From an uncultured delta proteobacterium (GTDB lineage Bacteria; Myxococcota_A; Polyangia; Fen-1088): a stretch of 64,000 bases of DNA. Made by a program: the position numbers and the translations under genes. The stretch is taken from positions 192,001 to 256,000 of the forward strand of contig CAWCMR010000013.1 of the NCBI GenBank assembly GCA_963796685.1, read 5' to 3'. The notes under the pieces are model-generated. The model worked only from the letters and a program-made list of their open reading frames with translations. It did not search any database and was not told where the DNA came from. Every line of letters starts with the position of its first letter. Position 1 is the stretch's first letter. Positions 26,891 through 39,872 of this stretch are shown in pieces.

Positions 26891-28063
26891 CTATGGACGA
26901 CGACGCCTGCCACGGGTGATGACGTCCGCAGTGAGCAGGACGTCCTCGCCCAGCGCACGAACCGAGATGGGACCGAGCGCGGCTGGCTTGCGCCAGTCGA
27001 GGCCCCGGCCTTCTACGATGGGGACGCCGGATCCCACAAGGCGCGGCGCGAGAAACAGGGCCACCGAATCCACCAGGCCGTCGGCGATGAAAGCACCGTG
27101 GACTTGGCTGCCACCTTCGACCAAGAGGGATTGAACTTCGCGCGTCGCCAACTGCCGCAGCAGCGCGGACAGCAGCACCCGACCGTCGCGCGCGGCGGGG
27201 GCAAACCAGACCTCGGCGCCGGCCGCTTCGAGCTTCCGTTGACGGGCAAGCAAGCCGCGATCGGCCTTGCGTGGTTTGGCCGCCCTGGCCGCGACCACGA
27301 GCGGGGCCTTGGTTCTCGCCTCGCCGAACAATTCCGCCGTCGGGGGCGTGCGTAGGTGGCTGTCGAGGACGATGCGCAGGGGCTTCCTGCCTTTCGTTGG
27401 ACCGGCCAGACGAACCGTGAGGCGCGGGTCGTCGGCAAGGATGGTCCCCACGCCGACGAGGACGGCGTCGTGTTGCGCTCGCAGCGCATGGGCCATCGCG
27501 CGCGCCGCGCGGCCCGTGATCCATCGCTCGCTTCCGGTGCGCTGCTTTTCCCGTCCGTCGCCGATGCATCCGTCGAGGGTGGACGCAACCTTCAGGGTGA
27601 CCCACGGTCGCCGATTGCGGATCCAGGAGAAGAAGGCGCGGTTTTGTTGCCGGCACTGCTCCTTGAGGCAGCCGGCATCGACCCGCAGGCCCGCCCGGCG
27701 CAGGAGCGCGATGCCACGCCCGCTGACGAGCGGGTTCTCGTCGCAGCAGCCGACCACCACCCGATGGACTCCGGAGCGCAAGATGGTCTCGGTGCACGGA
27801 GGCGTGCGGCCGCGGTGGCAGCACGGTTCCAGGGTCACGTACAGGGTGGCTCCCGGCGCTCGCATGCCGAGCTGGGCGAGGGCTTCGATCTCCGCATGCG
27901 GCAGGCCGGCCTTGCGATGAAAGCCCCGCGCCAGCACCTTGCCGCCTTGGACGACAAGGGCACCCACCACCGGGTTCGGCTTGGTCGCGCCTCGTCCGAG
28001 CTCGGCCAGGCGCATGGCCTGCCCCATGAAGCGCCGATCGGCCTCGCTGAATCGCTCTTTCAC
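26891..28063 (-). CDS. ribD: Riboflavin deaminase/reductase
   Basis: PNPVVG, HAE, TLEPCCHRGRTPPC, VEGG. Confidence 0.95.
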   Translation of the reverse strand: MKERFSEADRRFMGQAMRLAELGRGATKPNPVVGALVVQGGKVLARGFHRKAGLPHAEIEALAQLGMRAPGATLYVTLEPCCHRGRTPPCTETILRSGVHRVVVGCCDENPLVSGRGIALLRRAGLRVDAGCLKEQCRQQNRAFFSWIRNRRPWVTLKVASTLDGCIGDGREKQRTGSERWITGRAARAMAHALRAQHDAVLVGVGTILADDPRLTVRLAGPTKGRKPLRIVLDSHLRTPPTAELFGEARTKAPLVVAARAAKPRKADRGLLARQRKLEAAGAEVWFAPAARDGRVLLSALLRQLATREVQSLLVEGGSQVHGAFIADGLVDSVALFLAPRLVGSGVPIVEGRGLDWRKPAALGPISVRALGEDVLLTADVITRGRRRRP

Positions 28064-28527
28064 GAGCCCTCCGTCTTGGACCGAATGAGTCGCTGCACCT
28101 CGTGCATGATCTCGCCCGCGTCCTTGAAGGGAAGGTAGACCGAGGCGAAGCGCAGGTACGCGACGTCGTCGATATCGCGCAGGCGCGACAGCACCGCATC
28201 GCCGATCTGCGACGAGGGAATTTCCTTGTCGCCGAGCTCGCGCAGGCTGCGCTCGATCTCGTCCGCGACTTGGTCGATGCGTGCCGCGGAGACCGGGCGC
28301 TTGTCGCAGGCTTTGTGCAGGCCGCTCAGGACCTTCCCCCGATCGTAGGGTTCGCGCCGCGAATCCTTCTTTACGATCATGGGCAGGGCTTCTTCCACGC
28401 GCTCGTAGGTCGTGAACCGCCGACCGCAGCCGATGCACTCGCGGCGACGGCGAATCATTTGCTCGTCTTCGGACGGTCGTGTGTCGACGACTTTGTCTTC
28501 GGTTGCTGAGCAGAAGGGACAGCGCAT
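28060..28527 (-). CDS. nrdR: Transcriptional repressor NrdR
   Basis: MRCPFC, RRRECIGCGRRFTTYE, AYLRFASVY. Confidence 0.97.
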   Translation of the reverse strand: MRCPFCSATEDKVVDTRPSEDEQMIRRRRECIGCGRRFTTYERVEEALPMIVKKDSRREPYDRGKVLSGLHKACDKRPVSAARIDQVADEIERSLRELGDKEIPSSQIGDAVLSRLRDIDDVAYLRFASVYLPFKDAGEIMHEVQRLIRSKTEGS

Positions 28528-28773
28528 GGCGATGCTTCCGTGGCTTTCTATCACCAAGCTTCGCGAACCGCGCGCCACTCATTCAGTGCGATGTGTCAAT
28601 CAACGTGGATCGGCAATTGTCAACTGTGCCGATTGTTTTCGTTTTCACTATTACAATCGAGACAATCATTGATGTGTGATCTCCGTCGCACATGAGGCAG
28701 TTGCAATGAAGTTATGCGTTATATATCTTGTTTGTGCCGAATATTCCTTCAGTTGCTGCAATGCTCGCGATGC

Positions 28774-28801
28774 TTGACAGAGACCTGAAGAAACGTACTC
28801 T
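28774..28801 (+). promoter_or_regulatory. Putative sigma70 promoter of csp
   Basis: TTGACA-16 bp-TACTCT, in AT-rich divergent intergenic region. Confidence 0.5.
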
Positions 28802-28882
28802 GACCTCGCGGGCGCCTCAGACAATTCCGTTGGGGCGCGGCGTAATCAGGACAGACAGACAGTTCGTAGCAGGAGGTAGTGC

Positions 28883-29095
28883 ATGGCAACTGGCAAGGTG
28901 AAGTGGTTCAGTGACGCCAAGGGGTATGGCTTCATTGCACGGGATGGGGAAGACGATGTCTTCGTCCATTACTCGGCAATCGAGGCCGAAGGGTACCGGT
29001 CTCTGAGCCAGGGGCAGACAGTGGAGTTCGAGATCACCAAGGGTCCCAAGGGACTTCAGGCAACCAGCGTGAAGAGGCAAGAGGCTCAGAGCTGA
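28883..29095 (+). CDS. Cold-shock protein (CspA family)
   Basis: GKVKWF, KGYGFI, VFVHYS; AGGAGGT RBS. Confidence 0.96.
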   Translation: MATGKVKWFSDAKGYGFIARDGEDDVFVHYSAIEAEGYRSLSQGQTVEFEITKGPKGLQATSVKRQEAQS

Positions 29096-29204
29096 GTTTG
29101 AAGAGCCAAATCAGCGGCACTTGAAACGCGCTGGCACCGGTGGGCATGTCCCGTCGGTTGCCCGGCGCCGAGACCCCGAGGACCTTCATCGGGTCCTTCA
29201 GATG

Positions 29205-29240
29205 AAACGGCCGGTGCCCTCTGGGTGTCCGGCCGTTTTT
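29205..29240 (+). terminator. Intrinsic terminator after csp
   Basis: AAACGGCCGG..CCGGCCGTTTTT. Confidence 0.75.
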
Positions 29241-29249
29241 ACTTCTTAT

Positions 29250-29533
29250 GGGAACCCTAAGAGGGTTCCCAAACCCTCCCGCGCTCTGGCTCCGCCGGGC
29301 CAAGCCCGGCTCCGCCAACGCGATCATGGGAACCTGATCATGGGAACCCTGACCTGAAACCGCCTCGCCCCGCGAAGCGAAGCGAAGCGGGCGAGGGCGC
29401 GGCGAAGCCGCGGGGGCAGGGGTAGGGTGTGCAGGTCCCGAAGCGCCCAAGGGGCGGAGAGGTCGCCGAGCGCAGCGAGGCGGGTGAGGGGCTGTCACGT
29501 TTCACGCTTGAAGGATCCGGGCCATCGGCCCGG
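29250..29533 (-). repeat. Composite REP cluster (family A 29250-29325 plus modules shared with 41859-41976)
   Basis: Reverse-complement matches to 939-1014 and 41859-41976. Confidence 0.85.
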
Positions 29534-29566
29534 TGGCGTTACTGGGAGGGTTCTATCTGGAGGGTT

Positions 29567-30619
29567 CTATCTGTCCTCGGTTTGCCAGGACATCCGGATG
29601 TCCGCGCCTAGCTCGGCGAGCACCTTCTCGCGAAACCGTGTTTTCAGCTTCTCCGCGATCTGTCCCATGCGCTGTTTGGATACGCCAAAGCGCTGACCGA
29701 GAGCGGCCAGGGCCACCGGTTCCGAGGCGAAGGTGGCGAGGTGCTCGCGCCAAATGGCGCGCTCGCGTTCATCCGACAGCCCGTTTTCGAAATCTGTCAT
29801 CAGACCACGAACCGCCTCGGCCAGCTCGCTGCGCGCGGCCTGATCCTCGGGGGAAGCCTCGTGGCGCGAGATGCGCTCGGCCAGGGGGACGCCCTCGTCG
29901 TCGGGGCGGGGATCGAGCGATACCTCGCGCGAGGCCAGGTGGCTCGACACCTCGATGATGTCGGCTTCGTCCACGTCCAATTTGGCGGCCAGCAGCTTGG
30001 GCGTTGGATCGAATCCGGCGGAAAGCAACTTCTGGCGCTCCCTCTCGAGCCGGAAGAAGAGCTTGCGGCCGGCGCGTGTGTTGCCGACGTGAATGAGGCG
30101 CGCGTTGGTCATGAGGAAGCGCAGGACATAGGCGCGAATCCAGTACGCGGCGTACGAGCCGAAGCGCGTGCCGACCTCGGGATCCCAGCGCCGGACGGCC
30201 TCCATCAACCCGACCGAGCCCTCTTGAAACAGGTCCAGCACGTTCAACCAGGCCTGCCGGTATTGGTAGGCGATGGCGACCACCAGCCGCAGGTTGTGCA
30301 CGACCAGCCGTCGGGCAGCGTCGAGATCCCCACGGTCCCGCGCCGCGTGTCCAAGCTCGCGCTCCTCGTTCTCGTCGAGGCGCGCGTGACGGCGGGCTTC
30401 CTCGACGAAGCGTCGAACGGGGTCGCGGAAGGTGACGAGATGCTTTTCCGGCTCGGGCAGAATGCGTTCGAGCGCGGCGTCCTCGACGGGCGCCGTTTCC
30501 GCCGCGGCGGACAGGATGTCCTCCGCGTCGCTCTCGTCGTCGCCGACCGGGCGAGCAGGATCCTCAGCGCTCGCGGACGGTGCGGGGGACACTGGTTTCT
30601 TGGCGCGCGGTCGCTTCAT
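29567..30619 (-). CDS. RpoH/sigma32-family sigma factor
   Basis: HNLRLVVAIA, DLFQEGSVGLMEAV, FGSYAAYWIRAY, RKLFF, FGVSKQR. Confidence 0.88.
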   Translation of the reverse strand: MKRPRAKKPVSPAPSASAEDPARPVGDDESDAEDILSAAAETAPVEDAALERILPEPEKHLVTFRDPVRRFVEEARRHARLDENEERELGHAARDRGDLDAARRLVVHNLRLVVAIAYQYRQAWLNVLDLFQEGSVGLMEAVRRWDPEVGTRFGSYAAYWIRAYVLRFLMTNARLIHVGNTRAGRKLFFRLERERQKLLSAGFDPTPKLLAAKLDVDEADIIEVSSHLASREVSLDPRPDDEGVPLAERISRHEASPEDQAARSELAEAVRGLMTDFENGLSDERERAIWREHLATFASEPVALAALGQRFGVSKQRMGQIAEKLKTRFREKVLAELGADIRMSWQTEDR

Positions 30620-30624
30620 GGCTG

Positions 30625-31676
30625 TTAGCCGGGCAACGCCGCGAGCAAGGCGTCGTTTTGTTCCGCCGTCCCGATGGTGATACGCAGGTTGTCGTGGAGA
30701 CCTGGCTTGTCGAAGAAGCGCACCAGGATGCCGCGAGCCTTGAGCGCGCGATAGACCGCGGCGGCGTTGCCGCCCGGGCAACGGGCGAACACGAAATTGG
30801 CCTGTGATGGAATGACGTCGTAGCCGCGCTTGCCGAGCTCTTGCGACAGCCGGGCACGCTCGGCGCGAACGGCCTGCCATGACCGGCGGGCATAGTCCTG
30901 ATCCTCGAGCGCGGCGGTGGCGGCCAGGATGGAAATCGCATCGCAGTTGTAGCTATCCTTGACCTTCATCATTTCGGCCACCGTGGCCGGCGCGGCGATG
31001 GCGTAGCCGAAGCGCAGTCCTGCCAACGAATAGCCCTTGCTGAAGGTTCGGCACAACACGACGTTGGGGAAGCTCGCGCACCAGATCCAGGCAGGACTCG
31101 TCGGCGAAATCCACGTAGGCCTCGTCGACGAGCAGCAGGCCATCGAAGGCCAGGGCCAGGTCGCGCACGCGGGATTTCCTTACCAGGGTTCCGCTGGGCG
31201 CGTTGGGATTGGCGAAGAAGATGGCGCGCGCAGCGGTGGCCACCAGGGCGTCGATGGGCAGCTCCCAGCTCGCTTCCCAGGGGACGGTGCGGACGCGATT
31301 TTCCCCTTCCTCGGCGAGCACCGGATAGAGCGAGTAGGTCGGGTCCGGGTAGGCGATGGTGTCGCCCGGTCCGAGGTAGGTGCGCATGACGATGGCCAAG
31401 ATCTCGTCGCTGCCGTTGCCGGCGAGGATCATGTCGTCCGAAACTCCGTGCACGCGCGCGGCCATGGAGCGAAAGGCGTCGGACTTGGGGCTCGGGTAGC
31501 GACGCAGTCTGCTCGGGGTCCACGGTGCGGATCGCTTCCAGCACGCGCGGGCTTGGTGGGAAGGGGTTCTCGTTGGTGTTGAGCTTGATGACCTTCTCCC
31601 CCGGGCCGGGCTGCTCGCCGGGCACGTAGGGGGCCATCTTGGCTACATTCGAACGGGGGCTTGGAAGTCTGGGCAT
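30625..31676 (-). CDS. hisC: Histidinol-phosphate aminotransferase; +1 frameshifts near 31508 and 31072
   Basis: KLNTNENP / GNGSDE, NPNAP, DEAY / RTFSKGYSLAGLR in three successive frames. Confidence 0.9.
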
Positions 31677-31896
31677 GGAATAGGCAGTATTTCGCACATC
31701 GCCAGCCTCGCTGCCAGGCCTGCCAGGTGGGCGGGGGGAGAATCCGCCACTCGCCGTTCCGATTGGGTGCGAGCATCCATCGTGGAAAGGTGTCTCGTTC
31801 TGCCGCCTTCCGCGAGAGCACTGCACTTGTCGCGGGATCACGCGGCTTCTTCTGGCATTGACAGGCCAGGACAGTTCGGCGATACAGCCCACCAAG

Positions 31897-32517
31897 ATGC
31901 GACTTCTGCCCAGGGAAGAATCCTTCTTCGACGACTTCGAGAAACACGCGCAAAAGACCGTCGATGGTTGCCGGGCATTCGTCGAGATGGCCCAGGGCAA
32001 GGTTCCCCCTGCGGAAGCCTGTCCGAAGATCAAGGTCATCGAGAACGAGTGCGACCACATCACGCACCACGTGGTGGAACGCCTGCACAAGGTCTTCATC
32101 ACGCCCATCGACCGCAACGACATCTTTCGGCTGATTTCGAAGATGGACGACGTCATGGACTTCGTGGAGGCGGCGGCCCAGCGCGTGGCCCTCTACGAAG
32201 TGAACGGCAACAACAACGAGCTTTGGGCCCTGGCGCGCGTGCTGCAGTCGGGCTCCGAGCGCATCAGCGAGGCCGTGGCCGGGATGCGGAACTTGAAGCA
32301 TCCCGAGTTGATTCTGGAGAAGTGCGTGGAGATCAACCGGCTGGAGAACGAAGCCGACGTTCTTCTTCGCGTGGCCATCGCGAAACTGTTCAAGGAAGAG
32401 AAGGATCCCATCCAGATCATCAAGTGGAAGGAGATCTACGAGCTGGTCGAGACTGCCACCGACCGTTGCGAGGATGTAGCCAATATCATCGAGGGCGTGG
32501 TCCTCGAGAATTCCTAG
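31897..32517 (+). CDS. DUF47 phosphate transport regulator
   Basis: FITPIDRNDI, LENEAD, ETATDRCEDVAN; upstream of pit. Confidence 0.92.
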   Translation: MRLLPREESFFDDFEKHAQKTVDGCRAFVEMAQGKVPPAEACPKIKVIENECDHITHHVVERLHKVFITPIDRNDIFRLISKMDDVMDFVEAAAQRVALYEVNGNNNELWALARVLQSGSERISEAVAGMRNLKHPELILEKCVEINRLENEADVLLRVAIAKLFKEEKDPIQIIKWKEIYELVETATDRCEDVANIIEGVVLENS

Positions 32518-32524
32518 GAGCGCA

Positions 32525-33538
32525 GTGGACCACAAGCTCCTTCTCGTCATCGCGGTGGTGACCACCGCGTTCCTTTTCGACTACATCAACGGTTTCCACG
32601 ACGCGGCCAATTCCATCGCCACCGTGGTGTCGACCCGCGTGCTCACGCCGTTCCAGGCCGTGCTGTGGGCGGCGTTCTTCAACTTCGTCGCCTTTGCCGT
32701 CTTCCAGCTTCACGTAGCCGGCACCATCGGCAAGGGCATCATCGATCCCCACATCGTCGACATGTCGGTGATCATCGGGGCGCTCAGCGGCGCCATCGTG
32801 TGGAACCTGCTGACCTGGTGGTGGGGCCTTCCCTCCAGCTCGTCGCACGCCCTGGTGGGTGGCCTCATCGGTGCCGGGGTTTCCAAGGCGGGCTTCGGCA
32901 TCCTGGGATGGGAAAACATCAGCCTTACCGCGCTCTTCATCGTCGTTTCCCCGGTGGTCGGCTACATCGGTTCGGCGCTCATGACGATCGGCTGCTCCTG
33001 GCTCTTGCGCAGAATGAATCCCGGGCGGGTCGATCGTTGGTTCAGACGGTTGCAACTTCTGTCGGCCGCGGCCTTCAGTCTCAACCACGGCGGCAACGAT
33101 GCCCAGAAGACCATGGGCATCATCGTGGTGCTCCTTTACTCCCAAGGCTATCTCGGCACCAAGTTCCCGGTGGGACACGAAATACCGAAATGGATCGTGC
33201 TCGGCTGTTACCTGGCCATGGGCCTCGGCACTATGTCGGGTGGCTGGCGCATCGTCAAGACCATGGGCATGCGCCTGACGAAACTGCGGCCCTTTGGCGG
33301 TTTCTGCGCCGAAACGGGCGGCTCCGTCGCCATCTTCTTGGCCACCATGCTGGGGATCCCCGTTTCGACGACCCATACCATCACCGGCGCCATCGTCGGC
33401 GTAGGCTCGACCTCCAGTCCGGGCAAGGTGCGCTGGGGCGTGGCCGGCAGGATCGTGTGGGCGTGGATCTTCACCATTCCGGCAGCGGCCGCCATCAGTG
33501 CCGTCGCCTATTTCATCGCGCGCGCCTTGGGGGCATGA
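32525..33538 (+). CDS. pit: PiT inorganic phosphate transporter
   Basis: NGFHDAANSIAT, PSSSSH, HGGNDAQK, PVSTTH. Confidence 0.95.
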   Translation: MDHKLLLVIAVVTTAFLFDYINGFHDAANSIATVVSTRVLTPFQAVLWAAFFNFVAFAVFQLHVAGTIGKGIIDPHIVDMSVIIGALSGAIVWNLLTWWWGLPSSSSHALVGGLIGAGVSKAGFGILGWENISLTALFIVVSPVVGYIGSALMTIGCSWLLRRMNPGRVDRWFRRLQLLSAAAFSLNHGGNDAQKTMGIIVVLLYSQGYLGTKFPVGHEIPKWIVLGCYLAMGLGTMSGGWRIVKTMGMRLTKLRPFGGFCAETGGSVAIFLATMLGIPVSTTHTITGAIVGVGSTSSPGKVRWGVAGRIVWAWIFTIPAAAAISAVAYFIARALGA

Positions 33539-33565
33539 GGAGCCCCGCTCGGCTGCTAGGATCGG

Positions 33566-34852
33566 GTGGTGCTCTCTCGCGTCCTAGCCACGATTCGCGA
33601 GTATGGCCTGGTGGCCAAGGGCGAGCGTCTGTTGGTTGCCGTGTCGGGCGGTCCCGACTCGACCGCGCTCGCGCACGGACTGGTCAAGATCGCCCCACGC
33701 CTCGGCATCACCCCCGTGGCGGCTTGTGTGGATCATGGCCTGCGGCCCGAGTCGGCAGCCGAGGCGAATGGGGTCCGGCAACGTTGCCAGGAGATGGGCA
33801 TTGCGTGCGAAGTGCTGAGGGTCGATGTCGGCCGTGCTCGCAGGGCCCACGTCTCGGTGCAGGAGGCCGCGCGCAATGTGCGACTGGCAGCGCTCGAGAG
33901 TGCCGCCAGTCGGCTAGCGTGCACGAAGATCGCGCTCGGCCACACCGCCGACGACCAGGCCGAGACCGTGCTCTTCCGTATCGTGCGCGGAACCGGTCTG
34001 GCCGGGCTCGCCGGAATCCCCTATCGGCGTGGTCCGTTCATCCGGCCTTTGCTCGACGTGCGTCGAGCCGACATCCTGGCTTACCTGGCCAGGCGCAACC
34101 TGGCTTTCGTCGAGGATCCATCCAACGCCAACCGTCGCTATGCTCGGTCGCGCTTGCGCCACGACGTGCTGCCCATGCTGGCCCGCGAGAACCCTCGGGT
34201 CGTGGACGCCCTGCTGGCGTTGGCCCACGAAGCGCGGGACAAGGGCGCCGGGCTCTGGCGCCAGGCCTTGCCTGCCGGGCTCTACTTGCCAAGGTCGGCG
34301 GCTCAAACCGTGGATCGCTGGATGCGCGAAGGGCACGGGACGCGGACCATGACGGTCCGAAACGGCGAGCTCTCCGTAGGTTACGGGAAGGTTTCGTGGT
34401 TGCCGCGAGCGCTCGCACAGACGCTTTCAGACGAGGCACGAGCGGGGGAAGCAGGGGAAGCAGCGGAAGCAGCGAAAGATCGTCTCGTGCAAGGGCCAGG
34501 CCGGTACCGGATCTTCGAATCCCCGGCCCCCGGTCTGGAGATTTCGCCTGCGTGCGCGGGTGTCGCACCGGGGGGCAACGAGGCCTGTTTCGACGTCGCA
34601 AAGCTGGCGTGGCCGCTGCGTTTGCGCCTGCCATGCCCCGGCGATCGCATGGCGCCGCGGAGCGGTCGCGGCACGCGCAAGCTGTCAGACTTGCTCATCG
34701 ACGCCAAGATTCCCAAGCCGGAGCGGTCGCTTCTACCCGTCCTCTGCGATGCCTCGGGTGTCATTCTGTACGTTCCCGGCCTGCGACCGTCGCAATTGGG
34801 ACGCCCGGACGAGACGACCCGAGAGTGGATCCAGGTCCATGTGTTGCGTTGA
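33566..34852 (+). CDS. tilS: tRNA(Ile)-lysidine synthetase
   Basis: AVSGGPDS, DHGLR, GHTADDQAET, IRPLL, DPSN. Confidence 0.95.
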   Translation: MVLSRVLATIREYGLVAKGERLLVAVSGGPDSTALAHGLVKIAPRLGITPVAACVDHGLRPESAAEANGVRQRCQEMGIACEVLRVDVGRARRAHVSVQEAARNVRLAALESAASRLACTKIALGHTADDQAETVLFRIVRGTGLAGLAGIPYRRGPFIRPLLDVRRADILAYLARRNLAFVEDPSNANRRYARSRLRHDVLPMLARENPRVVDALLALAHEARDKGAGLWRQALPAGLYLPRSAAQTVDRWMREGHGTRTMTVRNGELSVGYGKVSWLPRALAQTLSDEARAGEAGEAAEAAKDRLVQGPGRYRIFESPAPGLEISPACAGVAPGGNEACFDVAKLAWPLRLRLPCPGDRMAPRSGRGTRKLSDLLIDAKIPKPERSLLPVLCDASGVILYVPGLRPSQLGRPDETTREWIQVHVLR

Positions 34853-34907
34853 CGGTACCCCTTTTGGTGTCAATATCTTGAGTACAAACTCCCCATGAGG
34901 AACTCGG

Positions 34908-36860
<1,953 letters not shown>

Positions 36861-36876
36861 CCGCGGTCGCGGCGCC

Positions 36877-37699
36877 ATGCCGGTCTTGATCGCCGGGGTG
36901 CTCAATCTCACGCCGGATTCCTTCTCCGACGGGGGACGGTTTACCTCGGTCGAAAGCGCGGTCGCGGCCGGGCTAGCCATGGTCCATGCCGGAGCGCAAT
37001 GGCTTGACGTGGGCGGCGAATCCACGCGCCCCAAGGCGGAGCCCGTGGCCGAGGGCGAGGAGATCCACCGCGTGGTCCCGGTCATCGAGCACTTGGTGGG
37101 CGAGCTAGGGGGGAGGACGCGTATTTCCATCGATACCTACAAGGCGGGGACGGCTCGCGCCGCGCTTGCAGCAGGGGCCAGCATCGTCAACGACGTCTCG
37201 GGCGGCCTGCTCGATCCCGTCATCCTCGAGGTGGCGGCCCATGCCAAGGCCGGCGTGGTCCTCGGGCATCTGCGCGGCCATCCCGCGACCATGACGGAGG
37301 GCGTGCATTTCGACGACGTGGTGGTCGAGGTGGCCGCCGAGCTGGGCCTGCGCATCGCGGCCGCGCGCGCGGCGGGCTGCGATGAGATTTGGGCCGATCC
37401 CGGCATCGGTTTCGGCAAGAGACTGGACCACAACCTTTCCTTGCTCGCCCATCTTCCCTTGCTGCGCGACCGCCTTGGCGTCCCACTCATGGTCGGGGTG
37501 TCGCGCAAGCGGTTCATCGGCGATCTCACGGGGCGGCCGGTGGCGGAACGGGCTTTCGGCACGGCCGCGGCCGTCGCGGCGTCCATACTCGGTGGCGCCG
37601 CCGTGGTCCGGGTTCACGACGTGCGGGAGATGGTCGACGTGGTCAAAGTGGCCGAGGCTATCGCAAGCGCACGCTCGGCCGGCTACAATGGCGATCCTC

Positions 37700-37707
<8 letters not shown>
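36877..37707 (+). CDS. folP: Dihydropteroate synthase
   Basis: [36 protein letters not shown]. Confidence 0.96.
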
Positions 37708-39070
<1,363 letters not shown>

Positions 39071-39117
39071 CCGGGCTTCCCGGTGGGAAGACTCAAGCCG
39101 TTCTGGAGGAAGATCAT

Positions 39118-39861
39118 ATGGTTCGCCTTTTCATCAACGTCGACCACGTCGCGACCCTGCGCCAGCAACGCGATACCCTCTATCCCGACCCGGTCATCGC
39201 CGCCGGTATCTGCGACCTCTGCGGCGTGGACGGGATCACGGTTCACCTGCGCGAGGATCGCCGCCACATTCAGGAGCGCGATGTGCGCATCCTGCGCCAG
39301 ACCGTGCGGGGTGGGCTGAATCTGGAAATGGCGGTGGTGCCCTCGATCCTCGACCTTGCGCTGCAGGTCGGTCCTGACATGTGCACGCTCGTGCCCGAGA
39401 AGCGCGAAGAGCGTACCACCGAGGGTGGACTGGACCTGCGCGGTCGCGCCAGCGAGATTGGCAAGGCCGTGCGCAGGTTGCGCGATGCCGGAATCGGCGT
39501 CAGCCTATTCATCGATCCCGAGGAGGATGTCGCCCGCGCTTGCGCCGACCTCGGAGCGACCCAGGCCGAATTGCACACCGGGGACTATTGCCATGCCAAG
39601 GTCGGAACCTCGGAGGCAAGCCGCGAGCTCGCCCGCCTGGAAAAGGCAGGTCGAATCGTGGTCGACTCCGGGTTGCGCCTGGCCGCCGGTCACGGCCTCG
39701 ACTACGCGAATGTCGGGCCGGTGGCGAGTCTCGCCAACCTGGAGGAAATGAGCATCGGCCACGCCGTGGTCGCGCGTGCGGTCATGGTGGGCATGGAGCG
39801 CGCGGTGCTCGATATGCGCAAGGCCATCGACGAGGGTGCGAGCGGCGCTCATCGCGGGTAA
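39118..39861 (+). CDS. pdxJ: Pyridoxine 5'-phosphate synthase
   Basis: NVDHVATLR, HLREDRRHI, TTEGGLD, AGHGL. Confidence 0.96.
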   Translation: MVRLFINVDHVATLRQQRDTLYPDPVIAAGICDLCGVDGITVHLREDRRHIQERDVRILRQTVRGGLNLEMAVVPSILDLALQVGPDMCTLVPEKREERTTEGGLDLRGRASEIGKAVRRLRDAGIGVSLFIDPEEDVARACADLGATQAELHTGDYCHAKVGTSEASRELARLEKAGRIVVDSGLRLAAGHGLDYANVGPVASLANLEEMSIGHAVVARAVMVGMERAVLDMRKAIDEGASGAHRG

Positions 39862-39872
39862 GATCGCCGATC

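Noticed and set aside
28580-28770. AT-rich tract as foreign DNA, origin or FMN riboswitch
   Set aside because: Explained by divergent nrdR-rib/csp promoters; no FMN riboswitch consensus or DnaA-box cluster seen
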